This document shows positions 1 to 9,367 of a stretch of 49,971 nt of DNA, in pieces. Position 1 is the first letter of the stretch. Each line of letters starts with the position of its first letter. The notes under the pieces were generated by a model. The model worked only from the letters and a program-made list of their open reading frames with translations, did no database searches and was not told where the DNA came from. Both the position numbers and the translations under genes were made by a program. Where the stretch lies: sequence record DRR378314_1192; one strand, 5' to 3'.

Positions 1-71
1 CGAAGGCGCACGCCTGGAAAGTGTGTAGGCTAGCAATAGTCTCCAGGGTTCGAATCCCTGTCTCACCGCCA
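1..71 (+). tRNA. tRNA-Ser(GGA), 5' end cut by the window edge
   Basis: Anticodon arm CACGC-CTGGAAA-GTGTG, long variable arm, T-loop GGTTCGAATCC, 3' end GCCA. Confidence 0.95.
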
Positions 72-160
72 GCATTTCCCGGGTCCAAACGATGCGATCG
101 TCAAGGCTGAGGGCGTCGCTCGCACAGACGGAATCCCGATGGAGCACGTATTGTCGGGTC

Positions 161-2107
161 ATGTCCTTGCTCAGATATTCCCGTTTCCGCCTCTGGATCC
201 TATGGTCTGCCGGTATGATTCTGCTTGCAGCTTTAACGGCATGCGATGGCGCTATCATTGACGCGCCGTCGCCGGTTTCCGGAAATGAGACGGAGTCTGC
301 CGAAGTTACGTCAACAGGAGCGGGCGTAGCATTCAATTCGGAGCGCAATGCATATTTCGGAGACCTCCACGTCCATACGGGCCTCTCCTTCGATGCTTAT
401 CTCGGGAATGTACGCACCTTGCCGGAAGATGCTTACCGGTTCGCGCGTGGAGAGACGATCACGCACGCCAATGGCATGCCTGTTCGCCTCTTGGGGCCCC
501 CGCTCGATTTCGTGGCGGTGACGGATCATGCGGAGTACCTTGGCGCGATGCGGGAAGCGAACGATCCGGCTCGTCGGTTGTCTAAAGACCCGCTCGCTGC
601 CGGGTTGTTCAGTGAGAACCCTGCGGAGGCCAATGCTGCATTCTTTCGGGTTCTGGCTCGCTATCGAGCGAACGACATGCCGGAAGGTTTCAAGGCACCT
701 GATGTGATCGGCAGGGCATGGGGTATCGTTCAGGACGCCGCCGAGAAGTATAATGAACCCGGTCGGTTCACGACTTTTGTCGGATACGAGTTCACCTCCG
801 AACCGGGTGGATTGAACCTTCATCGGAATGTCCTGTTTCGATCGGCGGCCGTGCCGGAATTTCCGTTTGCCGCGTTGGATTCCGAAGACCCCGAAGACCT
901 CTGGAAAAAGATGGAGCAATGGCGCGAAGAGGGGGCCGACGCGCTGGCCATTCCTCATAATTCCAACGGGTCGGACGGGATCATGTTTGAACTTGTTCGC
1001 CGGAACGACGAGCCGATGGACGCAGATTATGCCGCCTTGCGTATGCGCAATGAGCCGCTGGTCGAGATCACGCAGGTCAAGGGGACATCAGATACGCACC
1101 CGATCCTCTCTCCGAATGATGAGTGGTCAGATTTCGAGCTGATGGAAAAGCGGGTTGGGTCCAATGGTGACGTCACCAACTTCCGTGGCAGCTATGTGCG
1201 CCAGGCATTGAAGGATGGTTTGCTCCTGCAAGAGACTGATGGGTTCAATCCCTTTCGGTTCGGCTTTGTAGGTTCTTCTGACACGCACAACAGCGCGCCC
1301 GGATCGGTAGAAGAAGCGAACTATTTTTCAAAGGCAGGCGTTGTCGATGGAACGGCTGAGCTGCGCAGTTCGGTGCCGCCGGACCGTGCGACCACCTGGC
1401 CTGATGGGACACCAAATTCCCGCGAAGCATCCAAGCCCTATCAATCCTGGAGTTCGGCTGGCCTTGTTGGTGTGTGGGCAGAGTCCAACACCCGCGACAT
1501 GATCTTTGACGCCTTGCGGCGCAAGGAAACGTTCGCCACTTCCGGGCCGCGGATCAAGGTTCGGTTTTTTGCTGGATACGATCTGGCGGGAGAGGGAGGG
1601 GTGATCCCAGAGAGTATCGCCCAGATGGATGCACAGGCGGTCCCAATGGGCGGCGATCTGTCATATCTAGAAGACAAGGCGCCTGAGTTCTTTGTTTGGG
1701 GACTCCGCGATCCGTCATCTGCGTTCTTGCAGCGTGCGCAGATAGTGAAGGGGTGGGTCGAGGACGGACAATCTCGTGAGCAGGTGTTCGATGTCGCATG
1801 TGCTGACGGCGGCACGGTTGACCCCGAGACGTTCCGGTGCCCAGACAACTTCGCAATGGTGGATCTGGCGACATGTACGCCCACGCCGTTCAAGGGAGAC
1901 GTCGCTCTCCGCACGCTGTGGCAGGACCCGACGTTCGACCCTGACCAGCGGGCCTTCTACTATGTGCGGATACTGGAAAATCCGACGTGCCGCTGGTCTA
2001 CCTGGGACGCCATTCGAAACGGCACTCCGCCCAACCCTACGCTCCATCCAGTCATACAGGAAAGGGCGTGGAGTTCTCCAATCTGGTATGAGCCTGGGCC
2101 GACCTAG
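161..2107 (+). CDS. DUF3604 family PHP-like metallohydrolase, probable lipoprotein
   Basis: GDLHVHT, VAVTDH and GSSDTH metal motifs; C-terminal FYYVR..PTCRWS..QERAWSSPIW; lipobox LTAC. Start uncertain (ORF open from 92). Confidence 0.85.
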   Translation: MSLLRYSRFRLWILWSAGMILLAALTACDGAIIDAPSPVSGNETESAEVTSTGAGVAFNSERNAYFGDLHVHTGLSFDAYLGNVRTLPEDAYRFARGETITHANGMPVRLLGPPLDFVAVTDHAEYLGAMREANDPARRLSKDPLAAGLFSENPAEANAAFFRVLARYRANDMPEGFKAPDVIGRAWGIVQDAAEKYNEPGRFTTFVGYEFTSEPGGLNLHRNVLFRSAAVPEFPFAALDSEDPEDLWKKMEQWREEGADALAIPHNSNGSDGIMFELVRRNDEPMDADYAALRMRNEPLVEITQVKGTSDTHPILSPNDEWSDFELMEKRVGSNGDVTNFRGSYVRQALKDGLLLQETDGFNPFRFGFVGSSDTHNSAPGSVEEANYFSKAGVVDGTAELRSSVPPDRATTWPDGTPNSREASKPYQSWSSAGLVGVWAESNTRDMIFDALRRKETFATSGPRIKVRFFAGYDLAGEGGVIPESIAQMDAQAVPMGGDLSYLEDKAPEFFVWGLRDPSSAFLQRAQIVKGWVEDGQSREQVFDVACADGGTVDPETFRCPDNFAMVDLATCTPTPFKGDVALRTLWQDPTFDPDQRAFYYVRILENPTCRWSTWDAIRNGTPPNPTLHPVIQERAWSSPIWYEPGPT

Positions 2108-2126
2108 TATTGTGCAAACCACTGTG

Positions 2127-2156
2127 TCCGACGGCCTTTTGATGCGAGCCGTCGGA
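2127..2156. terminator. Inverted repeat between convergent genes, possible terminator
   Basis: TCCGACGGC-N12-GCCGTCGGA; no strong U tract. Confidence 0.4.
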
Positions 2157-2178
2157 GAAGAGGTGAAACTGAGGTGAC

Positions 2179-2631
2179 TTACCGCGAAGGCCGCGCGTCC
2201 TGCTTTTCCTTCTGAGCCGACGGATGTTCTGGTTTCTTTGAAGGGGATGCTTCAGGCTCATGTTTCTGGTGGCTGTCAGGTTTGGCGGCAGCTTTCTGCG
2301 ATGGCTTGTCCGCTGTCCGCGCGTTTGCGGCCCTTACCGGTTGGGGTTTGTTGTCTTGCAAAAGGGGCGCGTAAATCCATTTCTCGGACTGGCCTGGGCC
2401 AGAAATCCGCGCCCAGTCACCTTTGGTGACATAGATGGACACTTCCGTGCCAAGGTTCAGTACAGTGACGATGGAGTTGCTGACTCCGGGGCCGCCGCGC
2501 ACATTTGCCGCTTCTGCTTTCACATAGCGCGGAGCGGGCTGGGGCGATTGGGCGGTGGCAGTCGGCCCGAAGAGGGCCGTGCTGGCAACAAGACTTGCGG
2601 CGAGGATTGATTTAATGCGGTGCTTTGGCAT
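2179..2631 (-). CDS. Secreted bacterial SH3-domain protein
   Basis: AGGAGG RBS; signal peptide ending ATA; ANVRGGPG...GDWARI...WIYAPLL SH3b pattern; low-complexity basic tail. Confidence 0.8.
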   Translation of the reverse strand: MPKHRIKSILAASLVASTALFGPTATAQSPQPAPRYVKAEAANVRGGPGVSNSIVTVLNLGTEVSIYVTKGDWARISGPGQSEKWIYAPLLQDNKPQPVRAANARTADKPSQKAAAKPDSHQKHEPEASPSKKPEHPSAQKEKQDARPSR

Positions 2632-2828
2632 GGGTGCCTCCTGATGTGTTAAATTGGGAGTGATTGCCATCCTGACCGGAGAGTGTGCCCGTCTTTTGTC
2701 GTGGGGAGGGAAACTGGTGTCGGCCTGCAACATGTGTGACGGCGCAGTGACAAGGCGAAGGTATTCAGAGGGCAATCTTCACAGATCGGAAACTTGGACA
2801 TGAAATCGCTGCAAATCCTTTATGGAAT

Positions 2829-2844
2829 TTGAGCGATTGTTAAC
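2829..2844 (+). promoter_or_regulatory. CtrA-box-like site
   Basis: TTGA-N7-TTAAC, one mismatch to TTAA-N7-TTAAC, in a divergent intergenic region. Confidence 0.35.
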
Positions 2845-2901
2845 CAATTGGGCGGATCGTGAAGAAAGTTTCATCAACCGTCTCTGCCAAGGAACCTTGT
2901 C

Positions 2902-3420
2902 ATGCTGATGCGCGCAGCTGCCACTCTTGCCGGAACTCTCCTCATCGGACTTCCGGCGTTCGCCCAGGAACTCATCGTCGAACAACAGGTCGAACGTGTG
3001 ATCGTCATAGAGGACGAGGAGGGCGGTCTGGAGATGGAGTTGCTGCCGGCTGAAGAAGTGAAGCCGGGTGAGCAATTGTTCTATTCAGTGACGTACTCAA
3101 ATCCCGCGGATGCTCCGGCGAAAGACGTTGTTCTTACCCTGCCGGTGCCAGAGGATGTCAGTCTGCTCGGGGATTCTGCCGTTGCAGAATATGATCAGGC
3201 CTCGGTCGATTTTTCAGTCGATGGTGGCGCCACGTATATTCCGCGTGAAAAGCTGATCGCGGAATCGGGCCTTGAGGAAATTCAGCCGGTTCGCGTGTCC
3301 ATGCCGGAAGAGATTACGCACATGCGCTGGACCTTCAACCGCGAGATCGGGCCAAAGGATTCTGGCAAGATTTTCTTCGCGGCCGTCCTCAAGGACAATC
3401 CACGTCCCGTCAGCCCGTGA
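2902..3420 (+). CDS. Exported protein with DUF11-like Ig-fold domain
   Basis: Signal peptide ending AFA; VKPGEQLFYSVTYSN, FSVDGGATY, ITHMRW motifs. Confidence 0.7.
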   Translation: MLMRAAATLAGTLLIGLPAFAQELIVEQQVERVIVIEDEEGGLEMELLPAEEVKPGEQLFYSVTYSNPADAPAKDVVLTLPVPEDVSLLGDSAVAEYDQASVDFSVDGGATYIPREKLIAESGLEEIQPVRVSMPEEITHMRWTFNREIGPKDSGKIFFAAVLKDNPRPVSP

Positions 3421-3458
3421 ATTGACGAAGTGTTGCCTGCTGGCGTAACGCCTGCGGC

Positions 3459-4088
3459 ATGACCCAAGTAAAGATCTGCGGCCTGACTGATCCGGACCTC
3501 GTGCGCCATGCCGCGCAGTCGGGCGCGGACTGGATTGGATTTGTTTTCGCTGAAGCCAGTCCGCGGTTTGTCACGGAACCGGCGGCCGCGAGCCTGTTGA
3601 TGCAGGTTGGTCCCGCCCGGCCCGTGGCTTTGCTGGTTGATCCAGACGACGCGCAGATTGATCGTGTTGTTGATCTCGGGTTTCCAATCCTCCAATTGCA
3701 CGGGCAAGAGACACCAGACCGTGTGGCGGACATCAAGGCGCGAACCGGCAAGGAAATCTGGAAGGCGATCGGTGTTGCCGAAGCCGATGATCTTGTTCGG
3801 GCGGGTGATTATGCTGCCGCGGATCGGTTGCTCATCGATGCCAAACCTCCCAAGGGGGCTGACCGTACCGGCGGGCATGGTCTCGCATTCGACTGGAACT
3901 TGTTGAGTGCGTGGACAGCGCCGCGCCCGTGGCTGTTGGCGGGCGGGCTCCATCCGGGCAATGTGGTTGATGCAATTCGATTGACCGGGGCACCGGCTGT
4001 AGACGTATCTTCCGGCGTCGAGCGGCGAAAAGGTGTGAAGGACCGCGACCTCGTTTCAGAATTTCTTGGCGCCGCAAAACATTCTTAG
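3459..4088 (+). CDS. trpF: Phosphoribosylanthranilate isomerase
   Basis: VKICGL, QLHGQE, GGHGLAFDW, LAGGL, VDVSSGVE motifs. Confidence 0.97.
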   Translation: MTQVKICGLTDPDLVRHAAQSGADWIGFVFAEASPRFVTEPAAASLLMQVGPARPVALLVDPDDAQIDRVVDLGFPILQLHGQETPDRVADIKARTGKEIWKAIGVAEADDLVRAGDYAAADRLLIDAKPPKGADRTGGHGLAFDWNLLSAWTAPRPWLLAGGLHPGNVVDAIRLTGAPAVDVSSGVERRKGVKDRDLVSEFLGAAKHS

Positions 4089-4154
4089 AAATTACGATTG
4101 TTCCGTTTTTGTTCTGTGTTACGGTGAGGGCACATGAATGAGGGAGGAAACATC

Positions 4155-4538
4155 ATGTTTTCAGAAGAATTGACCCGCGTAGCAAACAGCCTGGCGGAGT
4201 GCTGCAATTCCGGGCGAGAGGCGGAAGCGCTGGATACATTATACGCCCCCGACTGCGTGTCCGTCGAAGCGTTGGCGATGGGGGATGGCGGCCGGGAAAC
4301 AGCCGGTCTTGATGGCATCCGCGGCAAGCATGACTGGTGGTATGGCGCGCACGAGGTTCACAAGGTGAGCGCAGAAGGTCCTTTTCTCTTTGGAGACGAT
4401 CAGTTCTCGCTCGTGTTCGACATGGATGTCACCAACAAGGAAACAGGTGAGCGGATCCAGATGAAGGAAGTCGGCTTGTACACGGTTTCCGGTGGCAAGA
4501 TTTCTCGCGAAGAATTCTTCTATCCGTTGATGGGCTAG
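4155..4538 (+). CDS. SnoaL/NTF2-like protein
   Basis: GGAGG RBS; LYAPDCVSVE...EVGLYTVSGGKISREEFFY pattern. Confidence 0.8.
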   Translation: MFSEELTRVANSLAECCNSGREAEALDTLYAPDCVSVEALAMGDGGRETAGLDGIRGKHDWWYGAHEVHKVSAEGPFLFGDDQFSLVFDMDVTNKETGERIQMKEVGLYTVSGGKISREEFFYPLMG

Positions 4539-4627
4539 CCCTTTACGGAGGCGGTCACATCACCGCGCTTTCCTTGGCTCGCCCTTCGGTCTAGATACGG
4601 GCGTGAAGTGCAAGGAAAGCAGGTAGA

Positions 4628-5839
4628 ATGGATTTGCGGAACACGTGGGACCAATGGCCGGATGCGAATGGCCGTTTCGGAGAGTTTGGCGGACGGTATG
4701 TGGCCGAAACGCTGATGCCTCTGATCCTGGATCTGGAGGCAGAGTACCGCAAGGCCAAGGAAGATCCGGCTTTCAAGGCCGAGATGGACGACCTGTGGAC
4801 CCATTATGTGGGACGTCCATCACCGCTTTATTTTGCTGAGCGCCTGACAGAGCATTTCGGCGGCGCAAAAATCTATTTCAAGCGCGATGAGCTGAATCAC
4901 ACCGGCGCGCACAAGATCAACAATTGCCTCGGTCAGGTCCTGCTGGCCAAACGCATGGGCAAGACGCGCATCATTGCCGAAACGGGTGCCGGTCAGCATG
5001 GCGTTGCCACGGCCACCATTTGCGCTCGTTTCGGTCTGGAATGTGTCGTGTTCATGGGCGAGACTGATGTCGAGCGGCAAAAGCCGAACGTGTTCCGCAT
5101 GAAATTGCTTGGCGCCAAGATTGTGCCGGTTTCGTCCGGTACAGGCACGTTGAAAGACGCCATGAATGAGGCGCTGCGCGACTGGGTCACCAACGTAGAT
5201 GACACATTCTATTGTATCGGCACGGCCGCTGGTCCGCACCCGTATCCCGAATTGGTGCGCGACTTCCAAAGCGTGATCGGCAAGGAAGCGCGCGCACAAA
5301 TCCAGGAGCGGGAAGGGCGTCTACCGGATGCCGTGATGGCGTGTATTGGCGGTGGCTCGAACGCGATTGGCCTGTTCCATCCCTTCCTTGAAGACGAGTC
5401 CGTGCGCCTGATCGGTGTTGAGGCCGCCGGGCATGGAATTGAGACTGGTGAGCATGCGGCGGCGCTGAATGGCGGCCTGCCAGGCATCCTGCATGGCAAC
5501 AAGACCTATCTTCTGCAAACCGACGATGGGCAGATCGTCGACGCGCATTCGATCTCAGCGGGCCTCGACTATCCCGGCATCGGGCCCGAGCACGCATTCC
5601 TGCGCGATACAGGCCGGGCGGAATACCTCTCTTGTACTGACCAGGAAGCGCTCGACGCGTTCCAGCTTTGCACACGCCTTGAGGGCATCATCCCGGCGCT
5701 TGAGCCTTCGCATGCTTTGGCCCGTGTGGGGGAAGTTGTGAAAGAACTGGGCCCAGACGGTTTGCTGATCCTGAACATGTGCGGCCGGGGCGACAAGGAT
5801 GTGTTCTCCGTGGCGAAGGCGCTCGGCGTCGACATGTAG
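4628..5839 (+). CDS. trpB: Tryptophan synthase beta chain
   Basis: [13 protein letters not shown] lysine, [25 protein letters not shown]. Confidence 0.98.
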   Translation: MDLRNTWDQWPDANGRFGEFGGRYVAETLMPLILDLEAEYRKAKEDPAFKAEMDDLWTHYVGRPSPLYFAERLTEHFGGAKIYFKRDELNHTGAHKINNCLGQVLLAKRMGKTRIIAETGAGQHGVATATICARFGLECVVFMGETDVERQKPNVFRMKLLGAKIVPVSSGTGTLKDAMNEALRDWVTNVDDTFYCIGTAAGPHPYPELVRDFQSVIGKEARAQIQEREGRLPDAVMACIGGGSNAIGLFHPFLEDESVRLIGVEAAGHGIETGEHAAALNGGLPGILHGNKTYLLQTDDGQIVDAHSISAGLDYPGIGPEHAFLRDTGRAEYLSCTDQEALDAFQLCTRLEGIIPALEPSHALARVGEVVKELGPDGLLILNMCGRGDKDVFSVAKALGVDM

Positions 5840-5957
5840 AGCGGAACGGAATGAGCATGGTCCGCCGCATCACGCTTGGTGCAAAGGATTCGGATGGACG
5901 CGGAGACAAGAAAATGCTCCCCTTCACCTCTGACCAACCTGCTTCGAAGAGATCAGA

Positions 5958-6278
5958 TTGACCGATATCATACTTATCCGAATTACCTGTCCGTCTCGCC
6001 ACGTTGCTGAAACCATCGCTGATGGCGCCATCGAACATCGCCTCGCGGCGTGTGCAAACCTGGAAGGACCGGTCTCGTCCACCTATCGGTGGAAGAATGT
6101 CGTCGAGCAGGCGTTCGAGTTCGTGCTCTGGCTGAAAGCGCCTCAAGCGAACTGGGACCGGATCGAAGCGCTGGTCCTGACGCACCACCCCTATGATGTA
6201 CCGGCCATGGTCGCGCTGCCTTGCATTCAGGCGAATGCGCCTTATGAGGCTTGGGTTCACGAGAATACGGACACCTGA
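5958..6278 (+). CDS. cutA: Divalent-cation tolerance protein CutA
   Basis: LAACAN, STYRWK, HPYDVP, PYEAW motifs; TTG start; stop overlaps trpA start (TGATG). Confidence 0.9.
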   Translation: MTDIILIRITCPSRHVAETIADGAIEHRLAACANLEGPVSSTYRWKNVVEQAFEFVLWLKAPQANWDRIEALVLTHHPYDVPAMVALPCIQANAPYEAWVHENTDT

Positions 6279-7105
6279 TGCCAACTTCCCGCATTACAGA
6301 TACTTTCGCCAAGGCAAGCGGCGAGTCCCGCGCCGTTTTGGTCTCCTACCTGATGGCTGGCGACCCCGACCTTGAAACAAGCTTCGCAGCCATGTGCGCG
6401 CTTCGCGACAATGGGGCAGACATTATTGAACTCGGCGCACCGTTCACGGATCCGATGGCAGATGGCGCGTCGATCCAGAAGGCCGGCCTGCGCGCGCTCG
6501 CCCACAAAACGACCCTCGCTGACACGTTGGCGCTTGCTGCGCGGTTTCGCGAGGATGACAAGACGACGCCCGTGATTATCATGGGATACGCCAATCCGGT
6601 CTTTCGCATGGGCTTTACGAAGTTTGCCGAGGCGGCCCATGAGGCGGGCGTCGATGGCACGATCCTGGTTGATTTGCCGCCCGAAGAAGACGGAGAACTG
6701 CGCGATGCATACGCGCCGTATGATCTTTCCGTCATTCGCCTGGCGACGCCAACAACCCGTGAGGCCCGCATGCAAAAGGTCGCCGAGGGCGCCAGCGGCT
6801 TCCTGTATTTCGTCGCAGTGACGGGCGTTACCGGGGCCGGAAGCGCCGATCCGCAGGCCATTGCCGGGAACATTGAGATGGCAAAACGCGTTTCCGGATT
6901 GCCTGTTTGTGTGGGATTTGGCGTCAAAACTGGCGATCAGGCTGCAGAAATGGCTAAAATCGCCGATGGGGTTGTCGTAGGCTCTGCTTTCGTGGACCAT
7001 GCGGAAAAGGCCCACGAATCGGGGGAATTTGCTGATGCACCGCGGGGAATGGGCGCATTGGCGAAAGAGTTGAGCGAAGCGATCAGGACGGTCGCCAAGC
7101 AGTGA
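6278..7105 (+). CDS. trpA: Tryptophan synthase alpha chain
   Basis: AGDP, IELGAPFTDPMADG, GVTG, VGFG, ADGVVVGSA. Confidence 0.97.
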   Translation: MPTSRITDTFAKASGESRAVLVSYLMAGDPDLETSFAAMCALRDNGADIIELGAPFTDPMADGASIQKAGLRALAHKTTLADTLALAARFREDDKTTPVIIMGYANPVFRMGFTKFAEAAHEAGVDGTILVDLPPEEDGELRDAYAPYDLSVIRLATPTTREARMQKVAEGASGFLYFVAVTGVTGAGSADPQAIAGNIEMAKRVSGLPVCVGFGVKTGDQAAEMAKIADGVVVGSAFVDHAEKAHESGEFADAPRGMGALAKELSEAIRTVAKQ

Positions 7106-7133
7106 TGTTGAATGCCGCCGAGGAGGTTCTGGC

Positions 7134-8114
7134 ATGAACTGGATTACAAAGGTCACCCCGCCGGGCCTGAAGACCATGCTGGCGAAGAAAGACACGCCCG
7201 ACGATCTGTGGGTGAAGTGTCCGATTTCCGGCGAACTCGTCTATCGGACAGATCTTGAAGAAAACTGGCATGTGACACCGGCTGGCGCGCATCTTCGTAT
7301 CAGTCCGCGCACGCGCCTGCGCCTGCTGTTTGACGATGAACGCTGGGAACCGCTGGAGCTGCCTTCCGTTCCGCATGACCCTCTGAAATTCAAGGACGAC
7401 AAACCATACCCGTCGCGCCTCAAGGCAGCGAAGGCAAAGATTGCCGCCAGGGACAAAAAGGAATCCGAGGGTGGCGGCGCGCCGATCATCCAGGAAGACT
7501 GCATGGTCGCGGCCTATGGTAAAGTTGGCGGCGTGCCGACCGTTGTGCTCGTCCAGGATTTTGCCTTCATGGGCGGCTCACTCGGCATGGCAGCCGGTGA
7601 AGGATTTGTCGCGGCAGCGCATATGGCGCTCGCCCGCAAGGCGGCCTTTGTCGTTTGCACAGCGTCTGGCGGCGCGCGTATGCAGGAAGGCACACTCAGC
7701 CTGATGCAGATGCCGCGCACAACGCTTGCCATCAACGAGCTTGCGGAGGCGAAACTTCCTTACATCGTCGTGTTGACCGACCCGACCTCAGGCGGCGTTT
7801 CTGCGTCTTACGCGATGTTGGGAGACGTCCACATTGCGGAGCCGGGTGCCATGATCGCCTTCTCTGGTCCGCGCGTGATTGAGCAAACCATTCGTGAGAG
7901 CCTTCCGAAAGGATTCCAGCGCGCGGAGTTCCTGCGCGAAAAAGGGCAGGTCGACATTGTTTGCGATCGTCGGAAGCTGAAAGACACGCTGTCCAATTTG
8001 ATGTCCATGTTGATGCCGAATGCGCGACGGGCAGAGGATCGTTTGCCGGCCTCTCTGACGCCTCCCAAGACACACGCACCGAAATCCCACAAGAGTAAGG
8101 GCAGCTCTGCTTGA
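7134..8114 (+). CDS. accD: Acetyl-CoA carboxylase carboxyltransferase beta subunit
   Basis: LWVKCP, FMGGSLG, SGGARMQEG, PTSGGVSAS, GPRVIEQT. Confidence 0.96.
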   Translation: MNWITKVTPPGLKTMLAKKDTPDDLWVKCPISGELVYRTDLEENWHVTPAGAHLRISPRTRLRLLFDDERWEPLELPSVPHDPLKFKDDKPYPSRLKAAKAKIAARDKKESEGGGAPIIQEDCMVAAYGKVGGVPTVVLVQDFAFMGGSLGMAAGEGFVAAAHMALARKAAFVVCTASGGARMQEGTLSLMQMPRTTLAINELAEAKLPYIVVLTDPTSGGVSASYAMLGDVHIAEPGAMIAFSGPRVIEQTIRESLPKGFQRAEFLREKGQVDIVCDRRKLKDTLSNLMSMLMPNARRAEDRLPASLTPPKTHAPKSHKSKGSSA

Positions 8115-9364
8115 TTGGTAACAGTCCGGCCCTGGCCGAAGCGCTGGGGCGGTTCGAAGGGCTATATCCAGAGACGATCGAATTATCGCTCGGGCGTGTA
8201 CTGACTGCGCTCGACCTGCTCGGCCGTCCGCAGGACAAACTTCCTCCGGTTATCCATGTCGCTGGAACGAATGGCAAAGGGTCCACCTGTGCCTTCATGC
8301 GCGCGATGATGGAAGCTGCAGGTTTGCGGGTGCATGTTTTTACAAGCCCCCACCTTGTCCGCTTCAATGAACGCATCCGGCTTGCTGGGCAGATCGTTGA
8401 TGACGCTCGGCTGATCGACTGGCTGGAACGCACCTATACAGCGATCGAAGGGCACGAGATTACGCATTTCGAGGCAACGACTGCCACGGCATTGCTGGCA
8501 TTCTCCGAAGTGCCGGCCGATGTGCTCATTCTGGAAGTTGGACTGGGCGGTAGTTATGATGCGACGAACGTTATCAACCAGCCAGCATTGAGTGTTATTA
8601 CGCCAGTTGATTTCGATCATAAGGCCTTTCTCGGCTCAGACCTTCGCAAGATTGCTGGAGAGAAGGCCGGGATCATCAAGCCCGGCTGCCCGGCCTTGAC
8701 GGCGATCCAGCGCAAGGTCTGTGATGACGTTATTGCGAAACGGGCAGATGAGGTCGGAGCGCCGCTATACCGACTCAAGGCACATTTCATTGATGCGATG
8801 CCGGAGGATCTCGGCTTGTTGGGAGAGCATCAGCGCGCCAATGCTGCGCTCGCTGCAATGGCGGTGCAATTGTTCGGCAATTCGACAGTCATTGATCAGG
8901 ATGCGATCTTTGAAGGCGCGCGAAATGTGATCTGGCCTGCGCGCATGCAGCGCCTGAAAAAAGGGCCGGTTACGGATATTGTGCCGGGTCTGGAAGTGTG
9001 GCTGGATGGTGGGCACAATCCCCACGCTGCGCGGGCGATCGCGAAGCAGCTTAAAGGCCTTCCGGGGAAAACGGCGCTTGTTACCGCCATGCTCGCCTCA
9101 AAGGATTCAACAGGGTATTTCATGCCGTTTCGCGAGGTGAGACCTGACGTTTTCACGCTCCCGAACGCTCCGGGTCATCAGGGCGCAGACCCGCAAGCGC
9201 TCGCTGAAGCGGCAACCAATGCAGGTTTGAAGGCAACCGCATGCGGAAGTCTGGAGGACGCGATGAAAGCTGCGGCCGCAACAGGTGTCGACCGTATCCT
9301 GATCTGTGGGTCTTTGTATCTGGCGGGGGACGTACTTGCCCGCAATGAAGAACTGCCGACCTAG
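8111..9364 (+). CDS. folC: Folylpolyglutamate/dihydrofolate synthase
   Basis: HVAGTNGKGS, TSPHL, EVGLGG, DATN, LDGGHN, CGSLYLAG. Confidence 0.96.
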   Translation: MIGNSPALAEALGRFEGLYPETIELSLGRVLTALDLLGRPQDKLPPVIHVAGTNGKGSTCAFMRAMMEAAGLRVHVFTSPHLVRFNERIRLAGQIVDDARLIDWLERTYTAIEGHEITHFEATTATALLAFSEVPADVLILEVGLGGSYDATNVINQPALSVITPVDFDHKAFLGSDLRKIAGEKAGIIKPGCPALTAIQRKVCDDVIAKRADEVGAPLYRLKAHFIDAMPEDLGLLGEHQRANAALAAMAVQLFGNSTVIDQDAIFEGARNVIWPARMQRLKKGPVTDIVPGLEVWLDGGHNPHAARAIAKQLKGLPGKTALVTAMLASKDSTGYFMPFREVRPDVFTLPNAPGHQGADPQALAEAATNAGLKATACGSLEDAMKAAAATGVDRILICGSLYLAGDVLARNEELPT

Positions 9365-9367
9365 CGC

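Noticed and set aside
1-2900. Integrative element at tRNA-Ser
   Set aside because: No integrase, and I found no repeat of the tRNA 3' end in the window.
3421-4627. trp attenuator leader peptide
   Set aside because: No short Trp-rich leader or attenuator hairpins seen before trpF or trpB.
7134-7300. accD with a degenerate zinc finger as a possible pseudogene
   Set aside because: Loss of these cysteines is common in alphaproteobacterial AccD, and the ORF is intact.
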